A DNA stretch of 64,000 nucleotides from Leucoraja erinacea. Lineage: Eukaryota. Positions 10,931 through 23,300 of this stretch are shown here, piece after piece. A program made the position numbers and the translations under genes. Each line of letters starts with the position of its first letter. Position 1 is the stretch's first letter. The notes below the pieces were generated by a model. The model worked only from the letters and a program-made list of their open reading frames with translations. It was not told the origin of the DNA and ran no database searches. The DNA is taken from positions 31,434,001-31,498,000 of the forward strand of contig NC_073404.1 of NCBI RefSeq assembly GCF_028641065.1, read 5' to 3'.

Positions 10931-12357
10931 AGAAGGAACTGCAGACGCTGGTTTAAACCGATGATAAGACACAAAATGCTGGAGTAACTCAGCGGGACAG
11001 GCAGCATCTCTAGGGGGAAGGAAAGGCTGTTTTGCGCTACATTTCTACAGTGTAAAGATTAGTGTTTATGTTGGTGATTCCGTGGGGAACAGGCCCCTTT
11101 CTACACACAGCCTCTATTTGCCTCGTTCTGCTGCACACATCAACGTGGCGAATTTTTCAAACTGATGAAACGCTAACTTGTCGAAACCGGCCTGCATCCA
11201 GATCAGAGTGTCGGGGCAAGGTCGTGAACTCTGGAGAGGCCTGGGTAAACGCACAGCTCTGACGCATCCCCTTATCAGCGGGCAGATGAGAGGTGTGGAT
11301 AAGAGGGAGCTGCCCTTTCCAGCGGCCTGTCTGTGATCGGCATTCACCAGTGGCTCGTTTGTGAACTCTGACCTTTATCTCTTCAGCCTACAAATGTTTT
11401 TTTAGTTTTCAGAGATACGGTGTGGAAATAGGCCCTTCGGCCCATCGAGTCCATGCCGATCAGCGATCCCCCCCATACACTAGCACTATCCTATTCATTT
11501 AGTTTATTGTCACGTGTACCGAGGTACAGTGAAAAGCTTTTGTTGTGCGCTAACCAGTCAGTGGAAAGACAATACATGATTACAATCGAGCCATCCACAG
11601 TGTACAGATACATGATAAGGGAATAACATTTAGTGCAAAGTAAAGTCAACAAAGTCAGATCAAAGATAGTCTGAGGGTCACCAATGAGGTAGATAGTAGC
11701 TCAGGATCTCTTTGGTGACCCTTGCACTATTCTTGATCGGACTTTGTGGCTTTACCTTGCACTAAATATTATTCCCTTATCACTATTCCACTATATCAAT
11801 ATTAAGAGGGGTGTATATTGGTGGAAAAGAATGTAAGGGTTCTAGGTTTAAGGGGAAATATGCAATAGGAATCTCAGAGGCAGCTTTTTTCACACAGAAT
11901 CCTAAGATCAAGCAATGGGAACAGAATCGGGCCATTCGGCCCATCAAGTCTACTCCGCCATTTAGTCATGGCTGATCTATCTCTCCATCCTAACCCCATT
12001 CTCCTGTCTTCTCCCCATAATCCCTGACACCCGTACTAATCAATAATGTATCTATCTCCACCTTAAATATATCCACTGACTTGGAATGCACTGCCGTCTG
12101 TGGCAATTAATTCCCATTCCAGAATGATGTGTATATGGAACGAGCTGCCAGAGGAAGTAGTTGAGGCAGTTACTATAACAAAATGTAAAGTTATTTGGTC
12201 AGCTGCATGGAGAAGGAAGATTTGGAGGCAAAACGTGGGACTAGCTTAGATGGGGCACCTTGGTGGGCTTGCATGAGTTGGGCTGAAGGGCCTGTTTCCG
12301 TGCTGTGAGTATCTGCTTTAGCTGGGTGCGATTTCCTCTGCTTCTGCCCTAAATTAT

Positions 12358-12635
12358 GGGATGGCACAGTGTCGCAGCGGGTAGAGCTGCTGCCTCACAG
12401 CGCCAGAGACCCGGATTTGAACCCGACTCTGGGTGCTGTTTGTGTGGGGTTTGCACGTTCTCCCTGTGACCTCGTGGGTTTCCTCTGGGTGCTCCGGTTT
12501 TCTCCCGCACTCCTGTGTAGGGAGTGGATATGAAAGTGGGCTAACATAGAACTGGTGTGAAGGGGTGATCGATGGTCAGTATGGACTCGGTGGGCTGAAG
12601 GGCCTGTTTCCATGCTGTATCTCTAAAGTAAACTG
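12358..12635 (+). mobile_element. V-SINE copy
   Basis: Same tRNA-like head and GGGCTGAAGGGCCTGTTTCCATGCTGTATCTCTAAA tail. Confidence 0.8.
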
Positions 12636-13069
12636 AAGGGTCTCGACCTGAAACATCACCAATTCCTTCTCTCCAGAGATGCTGCCTGTCCTACTGAGTT
12701 ACTCCAGCATTTTGTGTCTATGTTCGGTTTAAATCAGCATCTGCAGTTCCTTCTTAAACTAAATTGGATATTCCTTGCATTCAGAAGCGAAATAAAGATC
12801 TAATAAGGTTTTCCTTTCATAGTAATCTAATTAAATAAGTAACTTTCAGCACAGAAGATGATAGGTTGTGCATTTGAACGGAACTCAAATCAATGGTTTT
12901 CCAATTTACAATATTTTACAGCAGACAATGAGAGTTTCACAAACAGCTGACAGATTCCCTGGAAACAAAATAATCTGTTCAGTTCAGCAGTCAATCAAAG
13001 CTTAAAAAAGGCTAATGCTGCAATAATAATTCAGAAACGCTCAGTACGAATAATTAACTCGAGTTCGGA

Positions 13070-13560
13070 CCATGACGTACGTATCCAGACATGACACACT
13101 GGTCAACCTGAGGAGCACCTTCAGCAACAGACTGGTTCCACCAAGATGCAGCACAGAAGATCTTTCTTCCCTGTGGCTATACAAACTGTACAACTCCTCC
13201 CCCTTCATGTCATGGGGTAGACTGAGACTGACTCCAGGACAAGGGGTCACAGTTTAAGGATAAGGGGGCAATCTCTGGAATCTCTGGAACTCTCTGCCAC
13301 AGAGGGTAGTCGAGGCCAGTTCATTGGCTATATTTAAGAGGGAGTTAGATGTGGCCCTTGTGGCTAAGGGGATCAGAGGGTATGGAGAGAAGGCAGGTAC
13401 AGGATACTGAGTTGGATGATCAGCCATGATCATATTGAATGGTGAATGGTGCAGGCTCGAAGGGCCGAATGGCCTCTACTCCTGCACCTATTGTCTATGT
13501 TTCTATGACTCGCACCACCCCAGTCTTTGTACATCCCTCAATCCTTTCCACTCATTTTAA
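13070..13560 (+). mobile_element. Rex1/Babar-like LINE 3' end interrupted by a CR1 3' fragment (~13235-13505)
   Basis: TLVNLRSTFSNRLVPPRCSTE followed after a frameshift by SFFPVAI.LYNS resembles the Rex/Babar ORF C-terminus. The middle portion matches CR1 tails. Confidence 0.6.
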
Positions 13561-13574
13561 TTTCATGTCTCATG

Positions 13575-14395
13575 TCAAGTCACAGTTATTTATATAGCAC
13601 ATTTAAAAAAACAACTCTCGTTGGCCAAAGTGCTTTGCATTTGTTCTAAGAATAGTATAAACAAACAAACTACATACATATATACATATAACCCTCGTTC
13701 AGTGGACGTCAGGAAAGGCTTGGGAGTATAGATAAGATTTTAGTCTTGACTTAAAGGAGTCGATGGAGGGGGCAGTTCTGATGGGAGGGATGCTGTTCCA
13801 CAGTCTAGGAGCTGCAACCGCAAAGGCGCGGTCACCCCTGACCATATGCCTAGACCGCGGGATATTCAGCAGCCCCAAGTCGACCGATCTGAGGGGCCTG
13901 GAGGTGGATTGGTGGGTGAGAATACTTTTAATGTAGGAGGGGGCAAGCCCATTGAGGGCTTTGTAGACATAGAGGAGGGTCTTGAAATGTATACGGAACC
14001 GCACAGGGAGCCAGTGGAGAGAGGCCAGGATCGGGATGATGTGGTCCCTTTTTCGGGTGCCCGTCAGGAGTCTCGCTGCGGCGTTTTGGACCAGTTGCAG
14101 GCGGGACAGGGAAGATTAGCTGATGCCAGTGTAAAGACAGTTGCAGTAATCTAGGCGGGAGGAGATAAATGTGTGGATGATCTTTTCGAGGTCATCAAAC
14201 TGGAGGAATTGTTTTATTTTAGCTATCGTCCGTAGCTGGAAGAAGCTAGCTTTTACCACGGCATTGACTTGTTTGTCAAATTTCAGTGCTGAGTCAAATA
14301 TCACGCCAAGGTTTTTGACGTGAGGTTTGAGTAGTGGGGTAAGGCTTCCAAGGCTGCCTGCTATCATTTTGATGAGTCCGAGGGGCTGAGAAGGA
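13575..14395 (-). mobile_element. L2-clade LINE, 3' ~820 bp
   Basis: ORFs 14116-14367 and 13699-14004 read VKNLGVIFDSAL, SRLDYCN, RFRIHFKTLL.VYKALNGLAPSY and GDRAFAVAAPRLWNS, all typical of L2 ORF2. The 3' UTR has AAAGCACTTTG...GTGCTATATAAATAA. Confidence 0.88.
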
Positions 14396-14709
14396 TGTAT
14401 CTTGTGCTTTGACTTGGCACATCAATTTCCCTCCTGGGATAAGTAAAGTTCTATCGTATTGTGGTGATGCTGCCTGACCCGTTGAGTTACTCCAGCACTT
14501 TGTCTTTTTTTTTGCATTGGACCTTGTTGGAACAGTGCATATAGTGATTGTCAGAGTCATACAGCATGCAAACAGGCCCTTCAGCCCAACTTATCCATTC
14601 CAAACCTGTCTAAGCTAGATCCATTTGCCCACACCTGGCCCATATCTCTAAAACCTTCCCATCCATGTACCTGCTTGAACGACCTCCATGGAAGGTAGAC
14701 AAAATGCTA

Positions 14710-15175
14710 GAGAAATTTGGCTCGGTGATCGCTTCACCCAACACTTCTGCACAGTTCCCAATAACCAACCTGATCTCCCAGTGGCTCAGCACTTCAACTC
14801 CCCCTCCCATTCCGAATCCAACCTTTCTGTCCTGGGCCTCCTCCATGGCCAGAGTGAAGCCCACCGCAAATTGGAGGAGCAGCACCTCGTATTTCGCTTG
14901 GGTAGTTTACACCCCAGTGGTATGAACATTGACTTCTCCAATTTCAGGTAGTCCCTGCTTTCTCCCTCCTTCCCCTCCCCTTCCCTTCCCAGCTCCCCCT
15001 CAGCCCACTGTCTCCGCCTCTTCCTTTCTTCATCCCACCCGACCCCCACATCAGTCTGAAGGGTCTTGACCCGAAACGTCACCTATTCCTTCGCTCCATA
15101 AATGCTGCCTCACCCGCTGAGTTTCTCCAGCATTTTTGTCTACCTTTGATTTTTCCAGCATCTGCAGTTCTTTAT
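14710..15175 (+). mobile_element. Penelope-like element 3' fragment (GIY-YIG C-terminus plus terminal repeat)
   Basis: LGDRFTQHF...PDLPVAQHFNSPSHSESNLSVLGL...KLEEQHLVFRLGSLHPSGMNIDF*. Confidence 0.88.
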
Positions 15176-15489
15176 GCAAATGCCTCCTTTGCAGCTCATT
15201 CCATGCGCCCAACACAATCTGTGTGGAAAAGCTATCTCTCAGGTTGCTATTAAATCTTTTCACCATCACCTTAAATCTGTGTTCTGATTCCCCTACTCTG
15301 GGGAAAAAGACTGCATCGCGGCAGTGACACTGCTCCAAGGACAGCCCCATCAATGTCTTGTACAATTGTAACGTAACACTCCCAACATTGGTCTCAATTC
15401 CCAGTTAGGGTCAGGCAGCCACTGAGGGAACGGGCAGGTGACGTTTCCGGTTGGAACTTACTGCATATGACTCATTACTTGGTTCATAA

Positions 15490-16110
15490 ATTCATGTGAT
15501 AGGAGCAGAATTAGGCCATTCAGCCCATCATGTCTACTCCACCATTCAATCATGGCTGATCTATCTCTCCCTCCTAACCCCATTCTCCTGCCTTCTCCCC
15601 ATGACCTCTGACACCCGCACTAATCAAGAATCTATCTATCTCTGCCTTAAAAATATCCATTGACTTGGCCTCCACAGCCGTCTGTGGCAAAGAATTACAG
15701 ATTCATCATCCCCTCTGACCAAATAAATTCCTCATCTCCTTCCTGAAGGAATGTCCTTTTATTGTGAGGCTGCGACCTCTAGTCCGAGACACTCCCTCTA
15801 GTGGAAACATCCTCTCCACATCCACTCTACCCAGGCCAGTTTCATTCACTGTAGCCCAGAGTGTTTTATTGTCACGTGCCCCAGATAGAACTGTGACATT
15901 CTTACTCGCAGCAACATAACTCAATGATGGCCCCCCCCTAATCCTTCTAAACTCCAGCGAGTACAGGCCCAGTGCTGTCAAACGCTCATCGTATGTTAAC
16001 CCACACATTCCTGGGATAATTTGTGTAAACCTCCTCTGGACCCTCTCCAATGCCAACACACCCTTCCTCAGGTATGGGGCTCAAAATTGCTCACAATTTG
16101 GACCCAATAT
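15490..16110 (-). mobile_element. CR1 3' fragment
   Basis: ORF 15706-16059 reads LALERVQRRFTQIIPGM.GLTYDERLTALGLYSLEFRR. Confidence 0.85.
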
Positions 16111-16332
16111 CACTTTTGTCATGAATTAAAAGAAACTCGCCCCCAGTCAATGTTACATTCCTTTACAAATTATTCCCATTACTATTCTGTCAACTATTTG
16201 TCCAGATATTTTTATATAAATATTTTTCCATTAACAGCAATCTTGTGGTCAGTTCTTTGGTCACAAGGTTTGCATTCTCCATGCTGAGTATTATAAATTG
16301 TCCATGCTGAAAATCATATTCCAACCTACTGT

Positions 16333-16633
16333 TTAGTTTAGAGATACAGCGTGGAAGGAAACAGGCCCTTCGGCCCACCAGGTCCGTGCCTACCAGCAAT
16401 CACCCCGCACACTAACACTATCCTACACACTAGGGACAATTTTATCGAAGCCAATTAATCTACAAACCAGTACGTCTTTGGCGTGTGGGAGGAAACCGGA
16501 GCACCCGGAGAAAACCCACACAGGTCACAGGGAGAATGTACAAACTCCGTACAAACAGCACCCGTAGTCAGGATCGAACCTGGATCTCTGGCGCTGTGAG
16601 GCAGCAACTCTACCGCTGCGCCACTGTGACGCC
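16333..16633 (-). mobile_element. V-SINE, full length
   Basis: The reverse complement shows GTGGCGCAGCGGTAGAG (A box), GGTTCGATCC (B box), the V-domain and the tail. Confidence 0.88.
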
Positions 16634-18301
16634 CAAATAATGCTGAGAAATGATCTCAGAGCAATCTCGAGCATTAACTGTAATCCACACTTCTGAGAAC
16701 TAGTTTACCAAGGTTTGGTACAATTTCACAAGAATAATTCCAGAGATGAACGACTTTATATGCAAAAGGCTAAATTGTAAATTCTCAGCATTCTCAGCTG
16801 AGTAAGTTAATTTTATGCATATCATAAAGTGTTGGAATAACTCAACGGGTCAGGCAGCATCCCTGGAGGTCATATTTCAGGTCAGGACCCTTTTTCTGAG
16901 GAAGGATCTGATCCGAAACATCATCTGTCTATTTCTCTCCACCTCACTGTGACAGAGTATGTTAGGATATTATGTTACATTATGTATAAGACGTTGGCAA
17001 GGCAGCACTTGGAGTATTGCGTTCAGCTTTGGTTACCATGCCACAGGAAGGACGGTGCCAAGAGTACGGAGAAGATTTGAGGATGCTGTCAAGACTCGAG
17101 GGCACAAGCTACAGAAAGGTTGGGCGGGGTAGTACTTCATTCCCTGGAGAACAGGAGGAAGGTGATCTTATAGAGTACAGGAATCAAGAACTGGAGGACA
17201 TGGGTTGAAGACGAGGGGGGAAAGGTTTAATACGAACCAGAGGTGCAACTATTTCCACAGAGGGTGGTGGGTGTGTGCAAGGTAGTTGAGCCAGGCACTA
17301 TTACATGTAAACGACATTTGGACAAGTACATGGATAGGAAAAGTTTGGAGGGAAGATACACAAAATGCTGGAGTAACTCAGCGGGACAGGCAGCAACTCT
17401 GGAGAGAAGGAATGGGCGACGTTTTGGGTAGAGACCCTTCTTCAGACATGGGCCGTATGCATACAGGTTGGGTCTAGTGTGGTTGGGTCATCTTAGGCTG
17501 AAGGGCCTGTTTCCGTGCTGTATGATCCCATGACTGTTTTGCTGTAGATTCAAGCATCTGCAACTTCATTTTATGCATCTGCAATTATTACTAGCTGAGC
17601 TAGGGGGAAACCAATACCCATTAAATGTTGTGGAAGGAACTGCAGATGCTGGTTTAAACCGAAGATAGACACATAAAAACGGGAGGAACTCAGCAGGAGT
17701 ATCTATTGTGCCCAATCAAATACTTCCACTTTCAAGACTAAAAATATCCCTAATTTTGCCATTTCACAATTGTTACTATTGCAACCTTTAAGACACATTT
17801 ATACAGGTACATGGATAGGACAGGTTTAGAGGGATTCTGGTCCAAAAGCAGGCAGGTTGGACTAGTGTAGATGGGACATCTTGGCGGGCGTGGGAAAATT
17901 GGACCCGTTTCCACAGTGCACGACTCCATAGACACAAAACGCTGGAGTAACTCAGCGGGACCGGCAGCATCTCTGGAAAGAAGGAATGGGTGACGTTTCA
18001 GATCGAGACCCTTCTTCAGACCCCCATGTTAATTTACAAGAAACTTGTCACAAGGTACTGCCTAGCTGGTTGCATGTAGCATAACCTCACCATTGGCACC
18101 CTCATCATCACTTCAAATATGTCAAAACCACAGCTTTAAATGCTTTGCTCTGTATCAAGATCAGCCTGAATGCATACATTTTGCACAGGCATGCGTTAAG
18201 TAAACTATGCTTCTAATGAGCAACTTCCATTTCTGCACTACAGGTCCATGTTATTGATGCCCTCTCCACAGATGTCAACCAACCCATATACAGTATCTGT
18301 T

Positions 18302-18549
18302 TAAGAAGGAACTGCAGATGCTGGAAAATTGAAGGTACACAAAAATGCTGGGGAAACTCAGCGGGTGCCACAGCATCTATGGAGCAAAGGAAATAGGCGA
18401 CGTTTTGGGCTGAAACGTTGCCCATTTCCTTTGCTCCCTAGATGCTGCTGCATCCGCTGAGTTTCTCTGCTGCACCCACTGAGTTTCTCTGCTGCACCCG
18501 CTGAGTTTCTCTGCTGCACCCGCTGAGTTTCTCCAGCATTTTGTGTACC
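18302..18549. mobile_element. Head-to-head (palindromic) insertion of the Penelope-terminus repeat with internal 22-bp slippage repeats
   Basis: Inverted arms are centred at ~18408 and flanked by TACAGTATCTGTT at 18289-18301 and 18550-18562. Confidence 0.8.
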
Positions 18550-19139
18550 TACAGTATCTGTTGATTTTACACTTCATTTTCACAGCCCAATCATTTAAAT
18601 TCAAGTAAAACACTTCTTGCAAACTTTACATACGAAAAGGAAATCGCATGCAAGTTTTGAAGAAAATAAATTGTAGCCCCTGGAATCTTAAAAACACCAA
18701 ATGCTGGAGGAACTTAGTGGGTCAGGAAGCACTGTAGAGGGAAATGGACAGACAATGTTTCCTGCAACATCGGGCCTTCTGAAAATGTAGCGCCATTCCC
18801 TCCAGATGCTAGACACAAAATGTCTGAAGGAGATTCTCAACCAAAAACTTCACCTATTCTTTTTCTCGAGATGCTGCCTGACCCGCTGAGTTACTCCAGC
18901 TTTTTATGGTGGTACATTTGAGTCTGAAGGGTCTCGACCCAATATGTCGCCTATTCCTTTCCTCCATAAATGCTGCCTCACCCGCTGAGTTTCTCCAGCA
19001 TTGTCTACCTTCCAGCTTTTTGTGTCTAACTTCGGTGTAAAACTGCATCTGCAGTTCCCTCCTACCTTCCACAGATGCTGCTTGACTCACCTCTGGCACT
19101 CTGTTTTGTGGCCATGTTCAGCTCTCTCTGCCATCGGGA

Positions 19140-19420
19140 AGGTGTGTAGGCATCCGAAAAACTGTCCCCCAGGTCCAAGAACAGTGTCTTCCCAGCAACC
19201 ATCAGGTTACTGAACACTACAAACTCAAACTAAACTACGAATCACAAACTATCACGGGTGCACTAATCACTTTGGGGTTTATTTTCCCTACTAATATTAC
19301 TGTAGTTAAAATGTTGCTTATTATGTTATCGATGAATACTGTACTTACAGACCAATGTTGCTGCAAGTTAGAATTTCAGTGTTTTGTTTTCATAATCATA
19401 CATATGATTGAAACACTCTT
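19140..19420 (+). mobile_element. Rex1/Babar-like LINE 3' relic
   Basis: CCATCGGGAAGG...AGGTCCAAGAACAG..TTCCCAGCAACCATCAGGTTACTGAAC (PSGR...R.KNS.FPATIRLLN). Similar relics lie at ~29545-29790 and ~55337-55385. Confidence 0.55.
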
Positions 19421-19470
19421 TGACACTTGTTGTGGAATTAACTGTTAATCATTTCAAAAATGGATTGCCA

Positions 19471-19729
19471 AGTTTAGAGATACGGTTCGGTGACAGGCCC
19501 TTCTGCCAGAGGCCATGCCGACTAGTGATCCCCGTACACTAGTTCTATCCTACACCAAGGACAATTTAGAAGCCAATTGACCTACAAACCTGTACGTTTT
19601 GAATGTGGGAGAAAATCAGACGCAGGTCACAGGGAGAACGTACAAACTCCATACAGACAGCACCCATAGCCAGGATCGAACCCGGGTCTCTGGCGCTGTG
19701 AGGCAGCAACTCTACTGCTGTGCCACCCA
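19471..19729 (-). mobile_element. V-SINE copy
   Basis: B box GGTTCGATCC on the minus strand and a body matching other copies. Confidence 0.8.
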
Positions 19730-20340
19730 TAGTTTTTAGCTTCTTAATTAAACCAGTAGTGGCAATTCTTTTATCAACAAATTTGATAAACACAGAACCC
19801 TTGTGCAGGGTCTCATTCCTTCTATCACCCATCTATTCCCACTACAAACACTGCCTGACCTGCTAAGTCCCTCCAGCAGATAGACACAAACTGCAGGACA
19901 GGCAGCATCTCTGGAGAGAAAGAATGGGTGACGTTTCAGGTCGTGACCCTTCTTCAGCATCCAGTTTCCTTCATTACTCCTCATTTACATGAAAATGTTA
20001 ATTTTCTCAAACGTCTCATTTCTTTCATTAAATTATTTTAACTTTAACGTGGCAAAAAGTCAACGCGACTATTTTTTCCCTTCAATCTATCCATCAGGTT
20101 AATTCAGGTGTGCATCTAGTTATTCCCTTCCCCTCAATGCAATGCTGCAAGCTTGCATATTCAACATCACTCCTGCTTCATTGACATTTTAGTTATTGTA
20201 ACCCATCGAGCCACAGCTGAAACTTTAGAAATGCAGATGTTTGATTTAAACACAAAAGTATGTATGTCTAAAATCACACTCCTAGCCTCTGAGAATTGAT
20301 ACCAAGAATACCCACGATAAACAAGTGATGGTGATTAATA

Positions 20341-20398
20341 GAAAAAAGGAACAAAAAAAGTTTTATTGCAGAAAATAAAGCAGCAGAAGAGTTTTATT
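20341..20398 (-). terminator. NUFIP2: Candidate distal polyadenylation signals of NUFIP2
   Basis: AATAAA on the minus strand at 20393-20398 and 20362-20367, followed by U-rich CTTTTTTTGTTCCTTTTTTC (20341-20360). It lies near the edge of the repeat-free block. Confidence 0.6.
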
Positions 20399-23300
20399 TG
20401 AACATTTTTTTGTACCATGATTGTCAGTGAACTTAGTAGACAGTCATGACTTAAGTCTTGAAAGGAAACAAAATTGAAAAGCCTGCAGCGAAATTTAATT
20501 CACTTCCTGGAGCTCGAGAGCATGGCTAATGCTGCCAGGAATCGACTTTTACAGCTACAATCTATTACAAAGTGGATGGGTATACAGAAAGGAATTAAGG
20601 TTAAGAGTGACAAAAACTTTAGACAAAAGAAATTTCATATACAATAAAACTGGATCACAAAATATTTTTTCAGATATCATTTACTTTGGAGTTGCCATGT
20701 ATTAAGGCCACAGTCCCATGCCCAGGTCAAGTTTGTACAATCAGTTCATAACATACAGTTGCACAAGAACAGTTCATTATCCACATGCTCAATTCCAACA
20801 ATATTTAAGAAACTATGGTTTCATAAAAGTATCTTTCCTCTCAAGATTCACAATGCTGATTTCAAGTTGTGATTAAAATTAAAAAAAATACAATGCTAAT
20901 AACCAGATCTCCATTCTTCCTTCTGACAGGCGTTTAGGAGACAAGATCATATAATCTCTATTTTTCCTTGGTTGTTCGACCACTTGGACACAAGATGAAA
21001 AAGCATGACAGATTTACAACAGTGATAATATATATATATATATAGATATATATAGATATATCTATGTATATATGTATGTGTATATGCATTTTCAAATACA
21101 ACACCAGACAAACCTCCTCCTCTGGGAAGAAGGGACCGTGTGTATTATTTGCATGTCTAGTGCTTTCCATTTCAGTATTTATATCGGTGGCAAAATTAAA
21201 GCAATTTGTAGCCATAACATGTTTGCAAATAATTCAAACCATTTGAAGAAGCAGTGAGGCGTACAAGCTTATTTTGGGATGGGGTAGGAAAAATAAAAGG
21301 GGAGATTGGGCAAACCATAATTATCTAAAACATGGCAACTCCCAAGAATCAAGTCTTCTGTGGGTTCTGGTTACAAATTTACAGAGGAATTCATGCACAT
21401 TCATCCAGGATTAGTTTCTGTACTTCTCATACCAGCTAAATCATGGTAGTTTACAATTTGGATACGCTTTAAATTTACACTCAAACACACACACACACAC
21501 ACGTAGTAACTGGCATAAAGCATGGAAACACAAGTTCCTTTCGAATTGAGAAGTTTCTTTGAAGCATTTAAATTGTACTAATCCAAACTAAGGAAATAGT
21601 TCCTACTGAAATGCATCAAGTCACTTTGTAGGAATAGATTCTCAAGTTTTTATTTCTCCTCAGATGATGTCATTTAGTGTTGAATAGACCTATTGGAGAA
21701 CAGAAACATTTTCTGCCAAAGTGTTGTTTCGTGTGTTTCAGATTCTCAATACAAGAGAGACCACATTGTGATGGGGGATTATCGGAGGCATACAAGACAT
21801 TATAAAGGGCATTTTGCTGGGAATGATTTAACTGATAAGATAAAATTTAACTCCTGGAGCTCACGAAAGGTACTGTACATTAAGTCTGGCAATTAATATT
21901 AAAATGTATGTTTTTGATTACAAGCACTAACTAACCTGTAACAGGTCAGAAATCAAGAATCAGTCATGACGGTTATTGTACAATTCCCGATGTTATTTAA
22001 AAAAAAAGATATTCACAAGCACACTTTATTTATAGAAAACCTGTTCTGTTGAATTGTTTAGATCAAATAGGCACTGGATATTTTATAATCCTCTGTATGT
22101 TTAGGAGGTGCCCAAATGATTTATAAAAGAGTATTTTAGGTTTGGTGGCAGTGAGGGGAGGGGAGAACAGTTGGAGTAAATCAAAAACATACATTTTGGC
22201 CAAACCATCAGCCATACATCTCTGTACACCTATTTATATTAACACCCATTTACAAGATAACTTTCTATATAAATTCTCCTATGGCTTTTGAAACAAAATT
22301 CAAAAATTGACACTAATTGAAAATAGCAACAGTTTAATCAGGAATTATGCAGTTCTTTACAAATGTTAGAAATAAGAACTTTTAAAACGTGTGAGATATA
22401 GGTTATAGCTTTTAACAATCGTGAGACATACAAATAGGTGACAAATACATGAAAATGAAAGAATTGGGTCATTCTTTATTGAACCTGCTCTATCTGAACA
22501 GAGTCTGAACTTGTAATGCAAACCACAAACATCTTGATGCTTGAATATCTCAAAGGGTTAAGGGGGTTGGGAGAATTCTACATTACTAATGGGTAATTGG
22601 CCCATCAAGATATGTTCACCCGACCCTGACTATAGAACTTAAACTGCAAAGAACAACGCACACACACTCCAACATAAACATACTGAATGGGAAGAAATCT
22701 ACTAACTCAAAAACACGTGCATAGCTCAATACCATCAGCTCAAGCAAACATTACTGGAGCTTCAGCAAAACCTGAGTGTGCAAAATGCATTTCTAATGTA
22801 ATGCAAGCAGCCCAGGAAGTAAATCTCACACAATGATACACAGAGGGATCCTGTATAAGGCAGAATTAGCAGAGATGTTTTTTGAGCAGGAGGAAGAAAT
22901 TACAGTTTTCTACTCAGCAATAAGTTGCAGACAACTATTTTTTTTTAAAAGCAAGGTGCTTATTAACACATTCAGGATTCACAGACAATTTAAAAAAATG
23001 ATACTGTAGCCACACACGTTCTTACCAGAGTGAGGGCAATTCTATATCTTCATAAATCAATATCATGGAAAACGTTAACTGTTTGTATCATATGCTGCCC
23101 AACTTTTGGCTAGAAAAATTAGACCATGTCACCAATACAGCAGCAAGACAAAAGCTTGGTTGACAGGTGTATTTTGCAAAGCCTGCCATTATTCCTGTGG
23201 TATATCATTGGGTGGTAAAGAAACGAGCAACTAAAAACTGTTTGTTGAATATACCCACTGGATAATGAGAACATATAATTGCACAATAAATAGTTTGTTC

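Noticed and set aside
11062-11262. Possible crystallin exon (KVVNSGEAWV vs KVESGAW)
   Set aside because: The rest of the frame lacks the Greek-key signature (F.G...E, YE..F.G), so the resemblance is too weak.
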